Assembly: GCA_041391385.1 (NCBI GenBank)
Contig: JAWKOD010000004.1
Coordinates: forward strand, 192,651 to 256,650
Direction of reading: 5' to 3'
DNA length: 64,000 nt
Source of the DNA: Bdellovibrionota bacterium
Lineage (GTDB): Bacteria > Bdellovibrionota > UBA2428
The notes under the pieces are model-generated. The model was not told the origin of the DNA, ran no database searches, and saw only the letters and a program-made list of their open reading frames with translations. The number at the start of each line of letters is the position of its first letter. Position 1 is the first letter of the stretch. Shown here in pieces: positions 46,385 to 56,310 of the stretch. The translations under genes were made by a program, and so were the position numbers.

Positions 46385-48025
46385 ATGCGGCGCATTGTGG
46401 CTTCTTTGGCGCTTTCTTCAGTTTGGGGTGGGGGTTCCGAAAAGTCTCTTGTTGTGGATAAGAGAGTAAGACACTTAATTTTATTTATTTTTTTGCTCTC
46501 AAATTTGGGCTTTGCCAAGGAGTATTTAATAAAGTGGAAGTCATTAAACACTTTTAAAAATATTCAAGTGGGAGATCGAAGTATTCGTGGGCTAGATATT
46601 TTAGAGAAATTGAGTCCTCATTCGCGCCTCACAAAAGTTGAGATTAATGATTCAGAAAAACAACTTGTCTTAAGCAAAATTAAAATGAATCCAGACGTTG
46701 AGTACGTTGTTCCCAATAAAAAGTTTTTTGCTCTTGGAATGCAATCTTCTGCACATTCTCCAAAACTACAACAACAATGGGCTTTGCAAAAGGTAAATGC
46801 CCCCGCTGCTTGGTCGATGGCAGGGTCTAAGGGATCGCGCGCAATCGTAGTAGCTGTTTTAGATACCGGTATCGATCTTGAGCATGAATCCTTAAAGGCG
46901 AATATTATTTCGGGCTTTGACTTTAAAGATAACGATAGTGATCCAACAGATGTAACGAGTATTTTAAATCCAGGTCATGGAACTCATTGCTCGGGTATTG
47001 CAGCTGCAACGGGCCTTGTCGAAAATGCTGTGAGTGGAATAAGTCCTGAGTTATCAATTATGCCTGTTCGAATATTGGGAAAAGATGGATCAGGCGATAT
47101 GGACGATGCCGTTCAAGGTGTGGATTATGCCGTTGAACATGGGGCTCACATTATCTCTGCAAGTTGGAGTGGTGAAATGTTTCCCTCAGAAGCAGCGCCA
47201 CTTGTTGAAGCTGTGCAAAGAGCTCGAGATGCAGGCGTTTTGTTTGTTACTTCATCGGGTAATGGAGATGAAAACGGAATTAGTTACAACATCGACTACT
47301 TGGATATATACCCTGCTGGAATTCAATTGAGTAATGTTATTACAGTCGCGGCAACAGATGAAAGCGACATGCCCGCAATTTTTAGCAATGTTGGAATGAG
47401 AAAAGTTCACATTGCAGCTCCAGGCGTAAAAATTATAAGTACCCTCCCTAAGAGTAGATACGATGTGTTGTCGGGAACTTCTATGTCCGCTCCATTGGTA
47501 GCGGGGCTGGCCGCGTATTTGAAATCCTTAAATCCAAAGTTAAGTCCTGAAGACTTAAAAGCAATCCTTCTCTCAACGGGGACTTCTTTAAACATTAAAA
47601 CAGCTTGTAATTGTAGGGTGGATGCATGGTCGGCGACTGACGTCGTACTACACAAAAAACCTTATTTACTTCCCAACGCAGCAACATTGGCTCTTGGGGA
47701 TACTTTGCACTTTGAGTTAAAAAATTCAAACGCAGTTAACTTTGTGAGTTCTGATTCTTCTATTGCACACGTAAGTGCAAGTGGGGTTCTTGAGTCGCTT
47801 GCCTCTGGTAGGGTAAAAGTGACTGCTACCGACGTTAAGGGAAATACTCTTAGTTCCAATTGGATTCGCATTAAAGCTCCAGGAGACGATGAAGAAGATG
47901 ACGATGGATCCTCAAGTAGCCAATCCTCAGATCCATATGCATGTCCCTTAGAAACGCCGCAAGAATGCGAAGACGCATGTAAGGAGCACGAAGGACTACC
48001 CTGGTGCGAGATTAGTCGGATCTAG
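46385..48025 (+). CDS. Secreted subtilisin-like (S8) serine protease with a C-terminal Ig-like domain and an acidic/Cys tail
   Basis: Catalytic motifs VAVLDTGID (Asp), HGTHCSGIAA (His) and GTSMSAPLVAG (Ser). A BIG2-like stretch (…VSASGVLESLASGRVKVTATD…) is followed by DDEEDDDGSSS and a 4-Cys tail. The exact start is uncertain. Confidence 0.85.
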   Translation: MRRIVASLALSSVWGGGSEKSLVVDKRVRHLILFIFLLSNLGFAKEYLIKWKSLNTFKNIQVGDRSIRGLDILEKLSPHSRLTKVEINDSEKQLVLSKIKMNPDVEYVVPNKKFFALGMQSSAHSPKLQQQWALQKVNAPAAWSMAGSKGSRAIVVAVLDTGIDLEHESLKANIISGFDFKDNDSDPTDVTSILNPGHGTHCSGIAAATGLVENAVSGISPELSIMPVRILGKDGSGDMDDAVQGVDYAVEHGAHIISASWSGEMFPSEAAPLVEAVQRARDAGVLFVTSSGNGDENGISYNIDYLDIYPAGIQLSNVITVAATDESDMPAIFSNVGMRKVHIAAPGVKIISTLPKSRYDVLSGTSMSAPLVAGLAAYLKSLNPKLSPEDLKAILLSTGTSLNIKTACNCRVDAWSATDVVLHKKPYLLPNAATLALGDTLHFELKNSNAVNFVSSDSSIAHVSASGVLESLASGRVKVTATDVKGNTLSSNWIRIKAPGDDEEDDDGSSSSQSSDPYACPLETPQECEDACKEHEGLPWCEISRI

Positions 48026-49074
48026 AGTTTGAGTATCCAGTCTTTTTCAGGAGCTTGAGTGCTTCCGTAGTAGATTCCAGATAGAACTTTAAACAACTCG
48101 CTCGATACGGGTCCCGCTTGGCCGTCTCCCAGTGTGTGGGTTTCGTTCTTCCATCCGAGTTGGCCTATAGCTGATATAGTTGCGGCTGTTCCACAAGCAA
48201 AGGCTTCGGTAATGGTGCCTGACTTAATTTTGTCGATAGTTTCTTGGATGTTGAGATTCTCTTCGCACGATTTGATATCGAGGGCTTTGGCAAGTCTTAG
48301 AATGCTATCTCTTGTGACTCCAGCAAGAATCGTGTCTCCGAGAGGAGGTGTTTTAAGAACTCCATCGTCAACGACAAAAAAGTTCATTCCACCAAGTTCT
48401 TCAATATAGCTGCGTTCTTTTGCATCAAGAAAAAGAACATTGGCAAAGCCTTCACTTTTGGCTTCTTGAATAGCTCTTAAGCTCGCAGCATAATTACCGC
48501 CAGTCTTTGCCTTGCCAGTACCACCCATGGCTGCACGCGAGTATTTATCTGTAACTTTAATTTTTACTGAGACAGGTTTCTCGGAGGAGACTTCTTTAAA
48601 ATATCCACCCACGGGGGAAGCTATAATAAAAAATTCATATTCATCCGAAGGCGCTACGCCTAAAGAGTCAGAAGTGCCAATGGTTGTTGGTCTTAGGTAA
48701 AGGGCTCCGGGTCTATCGGGAACCAGATGTTTAAGACGGAGTGTTACTTCTTTGAGTGCATTAAGATATTCATCTTCAGGAAAAGCGGCCATTGCCATAA
48801 TCTTTGCAGACTCTGTCATGCGATGGATGTTGGCTTGCGGTCTAAAAAGTGCCACTCCACCATCTGCTTGTTTGTAGGCTTTAAGGCCTTCAAAAATTTC
48901 TTGGGCATAATGTAAAACTTTGGCACTGGCTCCAATTTGAAAATTAAGATCGGTGGAATACTCGGTTGTGGACCAAGTGTTCTTTGAGTAATGAGCATGA
49001 GCTCTGAGTGGAGCAAAGTACTGACCAAAGCCAAGGCTGTCGACTGGCAAGAGTTCAGTTATGATTTTCATCAT
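48022..49074 (-). CDS. ilvE: Branched-chain amino acid aminotransferase
   Basis: Class IV aminotransferase pattern (…LHYAQEIFEGLKAYK…, …GGTGKAKTGGNYAASL…). Confidence 0.85.
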   Translation of the reverse strand: MMKIITELLPVDSLGFGQYFAPLRAHAHYSKNTWSTTEYSTDLNFQIGASAKVLHYAQEIFEGLKAYKQADGGVALFRPQANIHRMTESAKIMAMAAFPEDEYLNALKEVTLRLKHLVPDRPGALYLRPTTIGTSDSLGVAPSDEYEFFIIASPVGGYFKEVSSEKPVSVKIKVTDKYSRAAMGGTGKAKTGGNYAASLRAIQEAKSEGFANVLFLDAKERSYIEELGGMNFFVVDDGVLKTPPLGDTILAGVTRDSILRLAKALDIKSCEENLNIQETIDKIKSGTITEAFACGTAATISAIGQLGWKNETHTLGDGQAGPVSSELFKVLSGIYYGSTQAPEKDWILKL

Positions 49075-49146
49075 TTAAAGGAATAGACCAGATGCAGAAG
49101 GGGATCAAATTTTGAGTGATGTTCTGGCGCTGCGTCAGACGAGAGC

Positions 49147-50815
49147 TTATTTTTTTCGTAGGAGTGTGATGAGGAGTGAGGCTGCAGAGGTAGCTGCGAA
49201 AATTTCACTCAGGTGCAGCATGAATAAGTTGGAGTTAGGGTTTTGCAATAGGAAACCTAGCAAAATAACTGAGCCTAAAAAAAGCACTGAAAAGGTAAGG
49301 ACTTTTTGTCGAAAGGCTTCGAGTGCGAGCATTTTTTCCCACTCGGAAGATTTGAGTTTTACTTCGAACTGACCTGCTTCAATTTGGCGCATAATTTCTA
49401 GCCCTAAGCGTGGTCCTTTTTGTACAAAACGTTGAATATCTCTTGAGCTTCTAAGCGCTGCTTTCAAAAGACCAGCAGGTCTTACTTTTTGTTGAATAAC
49501 TTTTTTAGAAAAGCGAGCAGCAGAATCTAGGAGGTCAAAGTCAGGATCGACCATTCGTCCAATCCCCTCGAGTATCATGTTGCTTTTAAAAACAGCAATA
49601 AGATCTTGGGGGAGCTGAATTTGATATTTAAAGGCAAGGCCTGAGACTTCGAGCATGATTTCTGCGGCCGGAATTTCGCTTAGGCTTACTCCGTGATAGG
49701 GCGCCATGATTAAAGAAAGCTTCTCGTGCGAGTTGATCGCGTGTTTGAGTGCTGTGGCTTTTTCCGCTGCGTGGACTTAACTCTAAATACTCTTCAACAA
49801 GGGCGTCGTAGTCCTGAGAGATGAGAGAAAGAAAAAGATTTACGAGAGAGTTTCTGCTTTTGGGTGAGAGCCATCCTACAGATCCAAAATCTAAAAGTGC
49901 CAAGCGAGAATCGGGGAGAACTAACATGTTGCCGGGGTGCGGGTCAGCGTGAAAGAGTCCATGCACCATTAAACTTTCCATATGGTGATCTAAGCCTTTT
50001 TTAAGTAAGGCTTTGGCATCAACATTATATTTTAGAGGAGAGTCAGTATCTGTAATGCGGAAGCCCTGAATACGCTCCATGGTTAAAATCTTTTTGTAGA
50101 GAACTCCTTGTAGACTTTCGGAATTACTAAAAACTCTGAGTGAGAAAAGTTTTTTTGGTAACGTTCAATGGTGCGAGCTTCTCTTTCGAAATCAATTTCC
50201 TGAAGAAGGAGTCGCTTAAATTCTTTAACTATCAGTAGGGGGTTAAAGTTAGTTGTTTCCGGAATGGTGGCTTCTGCAAGCTCTGCCATGAGTTCAAGAA
50301 TTTCAAAGTCCTTATGGAGGATTCTGTCGACGTCTGGCTTTTGTATTTTTAATACAACATCTTCACCTGTGAGAGTTCGAGCGGCATGAACTTGTGCAAT
50401 GCTCGCGGAGGCGAGCGGAAGAGTATCAAAGCTTGAGAAAAGGTTTTCAATCTTTCTACCAAGTCCATTTTCAACAAGATTTTTAATCGTGGAATAAGGA
50501 ATTGTTTCAACTTTGTCCTGTAATTTCTGAAGTTCACGAATATATTCAGTGGGGACTAGGTCTGGTCGGCCTGCTGCAAGCTGGCCAATTTTAATAAAGG
50601 TGGGGCCTAGGGTTTCAAAAAGAAGACGAAGTCGTTCAGGAGCAGACTCGATATTTTACTTGTCCATCTTCTTGAATCTCTTTGGGCGCACCTATTCCAA
50701 TGCGAACAAGTATTTCACCAAAGCCGAAACGTGTGACGGCCGTTGAGATTTCTCGCATTCTTCCAATGTTTGCGAGACCTTTTCGAATTTGAAGAGCTCT
50801 ACTGAGAACGGTCAC
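49147..50815 (-). pseudogene. ubiB: UbiB/ABC1-family kinase-like gene broken by three homopolymer-associated frame breaks
   Basis: Pieces in three frames. (1) GTG 50815 VTVLSRALQIRKGLANIGRMREISTAVTRFGFGEIL… (2) SAPERLRLLFETLGPTFIKIGQLAAGRPDLVPTEYIRELQKLQDKV…ASIAQVHAA…EFSTKRF* (3) MERIQGFRITD…HGLFHADPHPGNMLV…LALLDFG… (4) MAPYHGVSLSEIPAAEIM…LEGIGRMVDPDFDL… plus C-terminal TM helices. The breaks lie near 50654-50657, 50091-50095 and 49712-49718. Confidence 0.7.
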
Positions 50816-53031
50816 TCCTCGTCACCTCCCCAGCCAAAATTGATGCGTCCTTGTAGAACGTCCACTTTTGCAAGGCGCAAAATGAGCTCAGCTCCATAGG
50901 TGATTTCTTTATGATGAGGCCCACGATAGGCAAGGGAGCCATCAAAGTAATAGGCTTTTCGAGCGAGACTTTCTGATTCGAGGAGGCCATCAACAAAGTG
51001 TTCTTGTATTTGGCAAAAAAGTCCCTTTTCAGTGATGCCAGTTACAAAGCATTTAAAGTCCTCGCCTATGGATTTTTCAACATAACGACATTTTTTAATG
51101 TCGATTACTTTGCGTTCCATGTCGATGGCTTGTCGTTCGCAGTCCGAGGTGTGTCTTCCGATTGCTGCTAAATCTTCGCTGGAGAGGAGCGCTTTTTTGT
51201 TGTTTTCCAAGTGTGCACGAATGAGTCGATGCACGACGAGATCAGGGTAACGTCTGATAGGTGATGTGAAGTGAGTATAGTCGATTTCATTTAAAGCAAA
51301 GTGACCAAGGGGTTCTGCTGTATAGCGTGCTTGGGCCATGCTCCTGAGTATTTGTGAGTTAACGGCTTTGCGTTTGGCGTCGTCTATATCGTCATTGTTC
51401 TTAAGTAATTCAAGAAGCTCGGCAAAGTCTTCTGTTTTTTCGAGTTCTTGAGGGGGAGTTATCCCAAGCAAGCTTAGAAAAGCAAAGAGATCTTCGACTT
51501 TTCGAGGGTTTGGTTTTTCGTGTACACGAAAAAGGCTAGGGCCTTTGATGTGAAGAAAATTTGCCGCCGAGCGGTTGGCCGCAAGCATACATTCTTCGAT
51601 AAGGCGATGGGCAAAAAGACGTTGTCTCACTTGAATGTCGCGAACACTCCCGTCTTTGTTGAGAAAAACACGCGCCTCGGGAATATCGAGGTCTAGGCCT
51701 CCTCGTTTTTTACGACGCTTAAGCAAGATATGAGTTAGAGCGAGAAGGTTTTCAAAGCTGTCGTTAAGCTCCTTGGGATAGTCCCCGATGCTTTTCTTCT
51801 CAATCCAATCTTCCATTTCTTCATAGGTCATTCTTTTTTTGCTAATAATTTTAGCTTCGAAGAATTCGTATTTTACAGTTTCACCATTTTCGTCAATTTC
51901 AATTTTACAACCAAGTGAAGGTCTGGGTTCAAGTGGATTGATGGAACAGGTGCCATTGGAGAGAACTTCCGGAAGCATGGGCACAACGTGATCTGGAAAG
52001 TAGACACTGGTTGATTTTGAATAGGCCTCATCGTTTAGTCTTGATCCGGGTATTACAAAACGAGATACGTCAGCAATGGCAACCCAGAGTTCATAATTGC
52101 GACCTTTTTTGGAAGCATAAACAGCATCATCAAAATCTCGGGCATCTGCTCCGTCTATCGTTACGAAGGGAACATCTGTTAAGTCTTGAAGTTGCGAGCC
52201 AAAGCGCTTTTCCCAATTATTCGAAGCTTCTTTGGCTTCTTGAACAGCAACTTCAGAGAATTCTCGCGGCCAAGCGGCTTGAACAAGAACCCTAAGTGTA
52301 TCGTGGCTTGCTTTTTCAACATCATCTACCGCTTGGAGTATTTCTACTTTTCCGCGGCTTTTTGTAGGGTATTCGATAACTTTACAGAGAACCGTTTGGT
52401 TGTTTTTAAGTTCAAATGGGTCTGGAAGTTTTTCAATTTCAAAAGTTAAGTGCCGGTCCCGGGCGTCAAATGGAATAACCCAGCGTCCGCCAGCAAAGAG
52501 TCTTACACTTCCAATGAAGTCGGTCTGTTGGTGCTTCACAAGAGCTTGAAGAATTCCTGAGACTTTTCCATCATCAAAAGCACGAGTGATTTTAGCCTGA
52601 ACCTTGTCTCGGTTCATATACTCTCTAAAGTCACCTTGTGGGATGTAAACATGGGGGTACTCAGGATTATCTGGAATAACGAAAGCAAAGCCATTTGGAT
52701 TAATATCTAGGCGTCCTTCAATAATGGGAGGATACTTAGATGTTTTGCGAGAGGGTTGTGGCCCTTTGAAGGATTTCTCCCCGGCTTTTGGATTTCTTCC
52801 CTTTTGTTGGTTTTTCTTTTGTCCTTGGTGTTGAGCATGGGGTGCGCTTTTAGAGTGCGGGTTGGCTCTCTGACCCTGAGTACGAGAAGTACTACTGGTC
52901 GTTGTTGATGAGCTTGACTTCAGTGAGCTTTTTTTACGCTTCTGATTACTCGATTGAAGCTTTTCGATTTCTCGAACAGCTTGAGATCGGCGTTTCGCAC
53001 CTCTTGCGCCTTTTTTGTTTTTACGAGGCAT
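50812..53031 (-). CDS. rnr: Ribonuclease R
   Basis: RNB domain (…TIDGADARDFDDAVYA…), cold-shock-like N-terminal domains and a C-terminal S1 domain (…FKCFVTGITEKGLFCQI…). It also carries an unusual basic, low-complexity N-terminal region of about 100 aa. Confidence 0.85.
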   Translation of the reverse strand: MPRKNKKGARGAKRRSQAVREIEKLQSSNQKRKKSSLKSSSSTTTSSTSRTQGQRANPHSKSAPHAQHQGQKKNQQKGRNPKAGEKSFKGPQPSRKTSKYPPIIEGRLDINPNGFAFVIPDNPEYPHVYIPQGDFREYMNRDKVQAKITRAFDDGKVSGILQALVKHQQTDFIGSVRLFAGGRWVIPFDARDRHLTFEIEKLPDPFELKNNQTVLCKVIEYPTKSRGKVEILQAVDDVEKASHDTLRVLVQAAWPREFSEVAVQEAKEASNNWEKRFGSQLQDLTDVPFVTIDGADARDFDDAVYASKKGRNYELWVAIADVSRFVIPGSRLNDEAYSKSTSVYFPDHVVPMLPEVLSNGTCSINPLEPRPSLGCKIEIDENGETVKYEFFEAKIISKKRMTYEEMEDWIEKKSIGDYPKELNDSFENLLALTHILLKRRKKRGGLDLDIPEARVFLNKDGSVRDIQVRQRLFAHRLIEECMLAANRSAANFLHIKGPSLFRVHEKPNPRKVEDLFAFLSLLGITPPQELEKTEDFAELLELLKNNDDIDDAKRKAVNSQILRSMAQARYTAEPLGHFALNEIDYTHFTSPIRRYPDLVVHRLIRAHLENNKKALLSSEDLAAIGRHTSDCERQAIDMERKVIDIKKCRYVEKSIGEDFKCFVTGITEKGLFCQIQEHFVDGLLESESLARKAYYFDGSLAYRGPHHKEITYGAELILRLAKVDVLQGRINFGWGGDEE

Positions 53032-53110
53032 TAGGGTCTATCTTAGCAGGTCAATTCAAAACTGCCATCCGGGGCTTGGTAAATCTAAAGAGCGGAAGTA
53101 GACTTGAGGG

Positions 53111-53947
53111 GTGAAGAAAACAACGGCGTCAAAAACATCAAAAAAGCTGCATTTCTTACTCTCCAATGATGATGGAGTAGAGAGCCAAGGATTACTGGCT
53201 TTAGCGGATGAGCTTAAAAAAACTGCACACGTGACTGTGGTAGCTCCTGAGAGAGAGCAGTCTACGATGGGTCATGCCTTGACTTTGCACAAGCCCGTAA
53301 GGCTTTATCACATACGTTCTGAGAAAAACCTTGATGTTTATGCCTTGAGCGGTACCCCTGCAGATTGTGTTTGCATGGGACTTCGAAAAGTCTTGAAGAA
53401 ACGTCCCGATGCTATCATTTCTGGAATTAATAGGGGCCTGAATCTAGGCAACGACGTTTTTTATTCAGGGACAGTTGCCGCCGCACGTGAAGGGGCCTTG
53501 CTTAAAATCCCAGCTATTGCAGCTTCAATGGATTTTCATTTTGAGCCAGGTACAGACAAAAAAGCTTATTTCGATGAGGCAGCTACATTCTTAAGAGAAC
53601 TCGCTCTAAAAACTGTGAAAGAGGGAATCCCTGAACGTTCTTTGCTAAATGTGAATTTTCCCAATTTGCCGTTATCTAAAGTGAAGGGTGTAAAAATAGC
53701 AAGACAAGGCTTTAGGATTTATTCTGAAGGAATTTTAGAAAGAACAGATCAACGTAAGAAAAACTATTATTGGTTAGGCGGTGAGTATGAAGGCTTTGAG
53801 CCCATAAAAGGTCTGGACTGCGTTGCTGTAGACCAAGGGTATATCTCTGTAACTCCACTTAGAATCGACATTACTCAGTACGATTTTATGGAAAGTCTTG
53901 AAAAGTGGCATTTGCCTGAACTGATAAAAAATAAATCAAGAAAGTAG
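53111..53947 (+). CDS. surE: 5'/3'-nucleotidase SurE
   Basis: LLSNDDGVESQGL at the N-terminus and …SGINRGLNLGNDVFYSGTVAAAREG…. Confidence 0.85.
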   Translation: MKKTTASKTSKKLHFLLSNDDGVESQGLLALADELKKTAHVTVVAPEREQSTMGHALTLHKPVRLYHIRSEKNLDVYALSGTPADCVCMGLRKVLKKRPDAIISGINRGLNLGNDVFYSGTVAAAREGALLKIPAIAASMDFHFEPGTDKKAYFDEAATFLRELALKTVKEGIPERSLLNVNFPNLPLSKVKGVKIARQGFRIYSEGILERTDQRKKNYYWLGGEYEGFEPIKGLDCVAVDQGYISVTPLRIDITQYDFMESLEKWHLPELIKNKSRK

Positions 53948-53958
53948 TTCTTTCAAAG

Positions 53959-54570
53959 ATGAGCTTAATGAGGAGACTAAGACTTTTTACATTTTTTTCA
54001 TTGAGTATAGCGTTTTTTTATTCATGTAGTTCAAGTCGAAAGCCGGAGCCTTCTCCTGGTAGTGCTGCTTTGTTTTCGCCCAACCAAGCAGCTTCTAGGG
54101 CTTCAGGAGTTCCGACGACGACGCTTTCTTTTTTGTGGCCGATTGCTGGAAAACCTCGAATTGTAAGTTTTTTTGGATGGCGAAAAAAAAGCGGACGCAA
54201 AAAAGGCGAGCGAATGCATGAAGGTTTAGATATGAGCGGGGCTCGTGGGCAAAAAATATTTGCGTCGGCTGCCGGACGTGTCGTTGATGTCGCTTATGTC
54301 CGTGGTTACGGAAGAACAGTGATTATTTATCATGGGGGTGGCTGGTCTACTCTTTATGCTCACTTACTTAAATACAAAGTAAAAAAGAGTCAGGATGTGA
54401 ATGCGGGTGACCTTATTGGACTTATGGGTAGAACGGGGCGTGCTCAGGGTGTTCATCTCCATTTTGAAGTTCGTAAAGGAGCTGATCCCTTAGATCCGTT
54501 ATTGTTTTTGCCAAGTCGAGAATTGGAAAAATATGTTCCTAAGAATTTTCATTGGGAGGAAAACGAATGA
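53959..54570 (+). CDS. M23-family metallopeptidase (NlpD-like lipoprotein)
   Basis: Lipobox-like FFYSC. HEGLDM (HxxxD) and GVHLHFEV (HxH) motifs. It follows surE. Confidence 0.8.
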   Translation: MSLMRRLRLFTFFSLSIAFFYSCSSSRKPEPSPGSAALFSPNQAASRASGVPTTTLSFLWPIAGKPRIVSFFGWRKKSGRKKGERMHEGLDMSGARGQKIFASAAGRVVDVAYVRGYGRTVIIYHGGGWSTLYAHLLKYKVKKSQDVNAGDLIGLMGRTGRAQGVHLHFEVRKGADPLDPLLFLPSRELEKYVPKNFHWEENE

Positions 54571-56180
54571 AAAAGGGTGGGCTTGTTAAAAATGCAGGTA
54601 CTATGAGTATTGCTGTTTTGCTGAGCCGTTTTTTAGGTCTCATCAGGGAACAAGTTTTTGCTTATCTTTTTGGAGCTGGTTTTTACAGTGATGCCTCGCT
54701 AGTAGCTTTTAGGATCCCAAATTTACTGCGCGATTTACTGGCAGAAGGGGCGCTGAGTTCTTCCTTTGTCAGTGTGTTTTCTAAAGAGAAAACACTTGAG
54801 TCCAGACAGGAGCTTTATAAAAAAGTAAGCCATCTTCTAGTTTGGGTTTTGATTTTTTTTACAGCACTTATTTTCTTCTTTTCTGAAAATATTGTTGAGC
54901 TTATGGCAGGAGCCTTTAAAGAGATTCCTGGAAAATTTGAGCTAACGGTTACTCTTACCAAAATTCTATCTCCTTTTTTGTTTTTTACTTCTTTGGCCGC
55001 TCTTTCTATGGGGCTTTTAAACTCATTGGGCCTCTACTTTTTGCCTGCCTTAGGAGCGGCTGCCTTTAATATTTCGAATATTTTCGTTGGTGGCTTAGGT
55101 GCCTTTATCATTCTTAAGCAGGGCGGGGATCTTAGAAGTGCTGCTATGATCTTTGCGTGTGGTACTCTTTTGGGAGGATTTCTGAGTTGGGCGATTCAAT
55201 GGCGTTCACAAAGTAAGCTTCTCTTTTCTCCATTTCTTTGGGTAAGGGGATTTTTTAGTTACAAGGAATTGAAGCACTCTTTTCAAGATAAACGAATTCG
55301 GCGCATACTTTCTATGATTGCACCGGCTGTACTTACGGTAGGCGTGTTACAAGTGAACGTGTTTGTGAATACTGGGATTGCTGCTGATTTAGTACAGGGT
55401 AGCGTGACATGGCTGAACTACGCTTATCGATTGCTTCACTTTCCTCTTGGAGTTTTTGGGGTTTCTTTGTTTATGGCTGCTTTGCCTAAGTTGTCCGAGT
55501 TAGCTTCAGACCGACCTGCTTTTGAAGGAACGCTGAAGGAAGCTTCTGGCTTGTCTCTCTATGTGAGTATCGGCGCAGCTGCGGGACTTTTTGTTTTTGC
55601 AGAGCCCTTGGTGGCTATATTGTTTGAACATGGGCGATTTGTAGCAATTGATGTGCAGCAATCAGCGAGAGCACTTCAGGCCTATTCTCTTGGGTTAATT
55701 GCATTTAACCTCAATAAGATATTAACGTCTGCTTTTTTTGCACTTGAAAGTATGTGGACACCGGCCTTGCTCTCTTCGTTATCAATCGTAGCTAATTACT
55801 TTTTCTCTTCTTATCTTTCTAAAATTTTTGGTCATGCAGGGATTGCTTTGAGTGTAAGTTTAACAGCGCTCTTAACTACTATTACACTTTTTTTCTTTTT
55901 AAGAAGAAAAGGGGTTATTGTGCCGCTTTCTTGGTTGTTGCGAGTGTTGAGTATTTCGCTCCTTTGTACTTCACCTATGTTTTTATTTTATCTAGCTTCA
56001 GGCCCTCGTTATATCTGGATGCTAAAAAGAATCAATTTGCCTTTGGGAATTTTAGGGCTTTTGTTCTTAATGGCATTAGTCGGTTCGGCGTTTCTGATTT
56101 TAAGTATTCTCTTCTTAAAAGAGGGGCGTGTCTTTTATGAACAGATACTCAAGCCCAAGCTTTCTAAGTATATTAAGTAG
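54567..56180 (+). CDS. murJ: Lipid II flippase MurJ
   Basis: MKKGGLVKNAGTMSIAVLLSRFLGLIREQVFAYLFGAG…AFRIPNLLRDLLAEGALSSSFV is the MurJ/MviN N-terminus. Polytopic. ATG 54567 overlaps the M23 stop. Confidence 0.85.
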   Translation: MKKGGLVKNAGTMSIAVLLSRFLGLIREQVFAYLFGAGFYSDASLVAFRIPNLLRDLLAEGALSSSFVSVFSKEKTLESRQELYKKVSHLLVWVLIFFTALIFFFSENIVELMAGAFKEIPGKFELTVTLTKILSPFLFFTSLAALSMGLLNSLGLYFLPALGAAAFNISNIFVGGLGAFIILKQGGDLRSAAMIFACGTLLGGFLSWAIQWRSQSKLLFSPFLWVRGFFSYKELKHSFQDKRIRRILSMIAPAVLTVGVLQVNVFVNTGIAADLVQGSVTWLNYAYRLLHFPLGVFGVSLFMAALPKLSELASDRPAFEGTLKEASGLSLYVSIGAAAGLFVFAEPLVAILFEHGRFVAIDVQQSARALQAYSLGLIAFNLNKILTSAFFALESMWTPALLSSLSIVANYFFSSYLSKIFGHAGIALSVSLTALLTTITLFFFLRRKGVIVPLSWLLRVLSISLLCTSPMFLFYLASGPRYIWMLKRINLPLGILGLLFLMALVGSAFLILSILFLKEGRVFYEQILKPKLSKYIK

Positions 56181-56310
56181 CTGTTAACTGTTTCTTAATA
56201 AAGCGTCAAAATAATCACACAAGATTAATCCTACTTCTATATTTTAGTGGCAGATTGAGGGCATGGTTCATCTTAAGAAGTAACAGCTGCGAGATTAGGG
56301 GGTTCTTCTT

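Noticed and set aside
46318-46551. A 77-aa minus-strand ORF across the S8 protease start region.
   Set aside because: It is antisense to the protease N-terminus and promoter, and shows no signal or motif.
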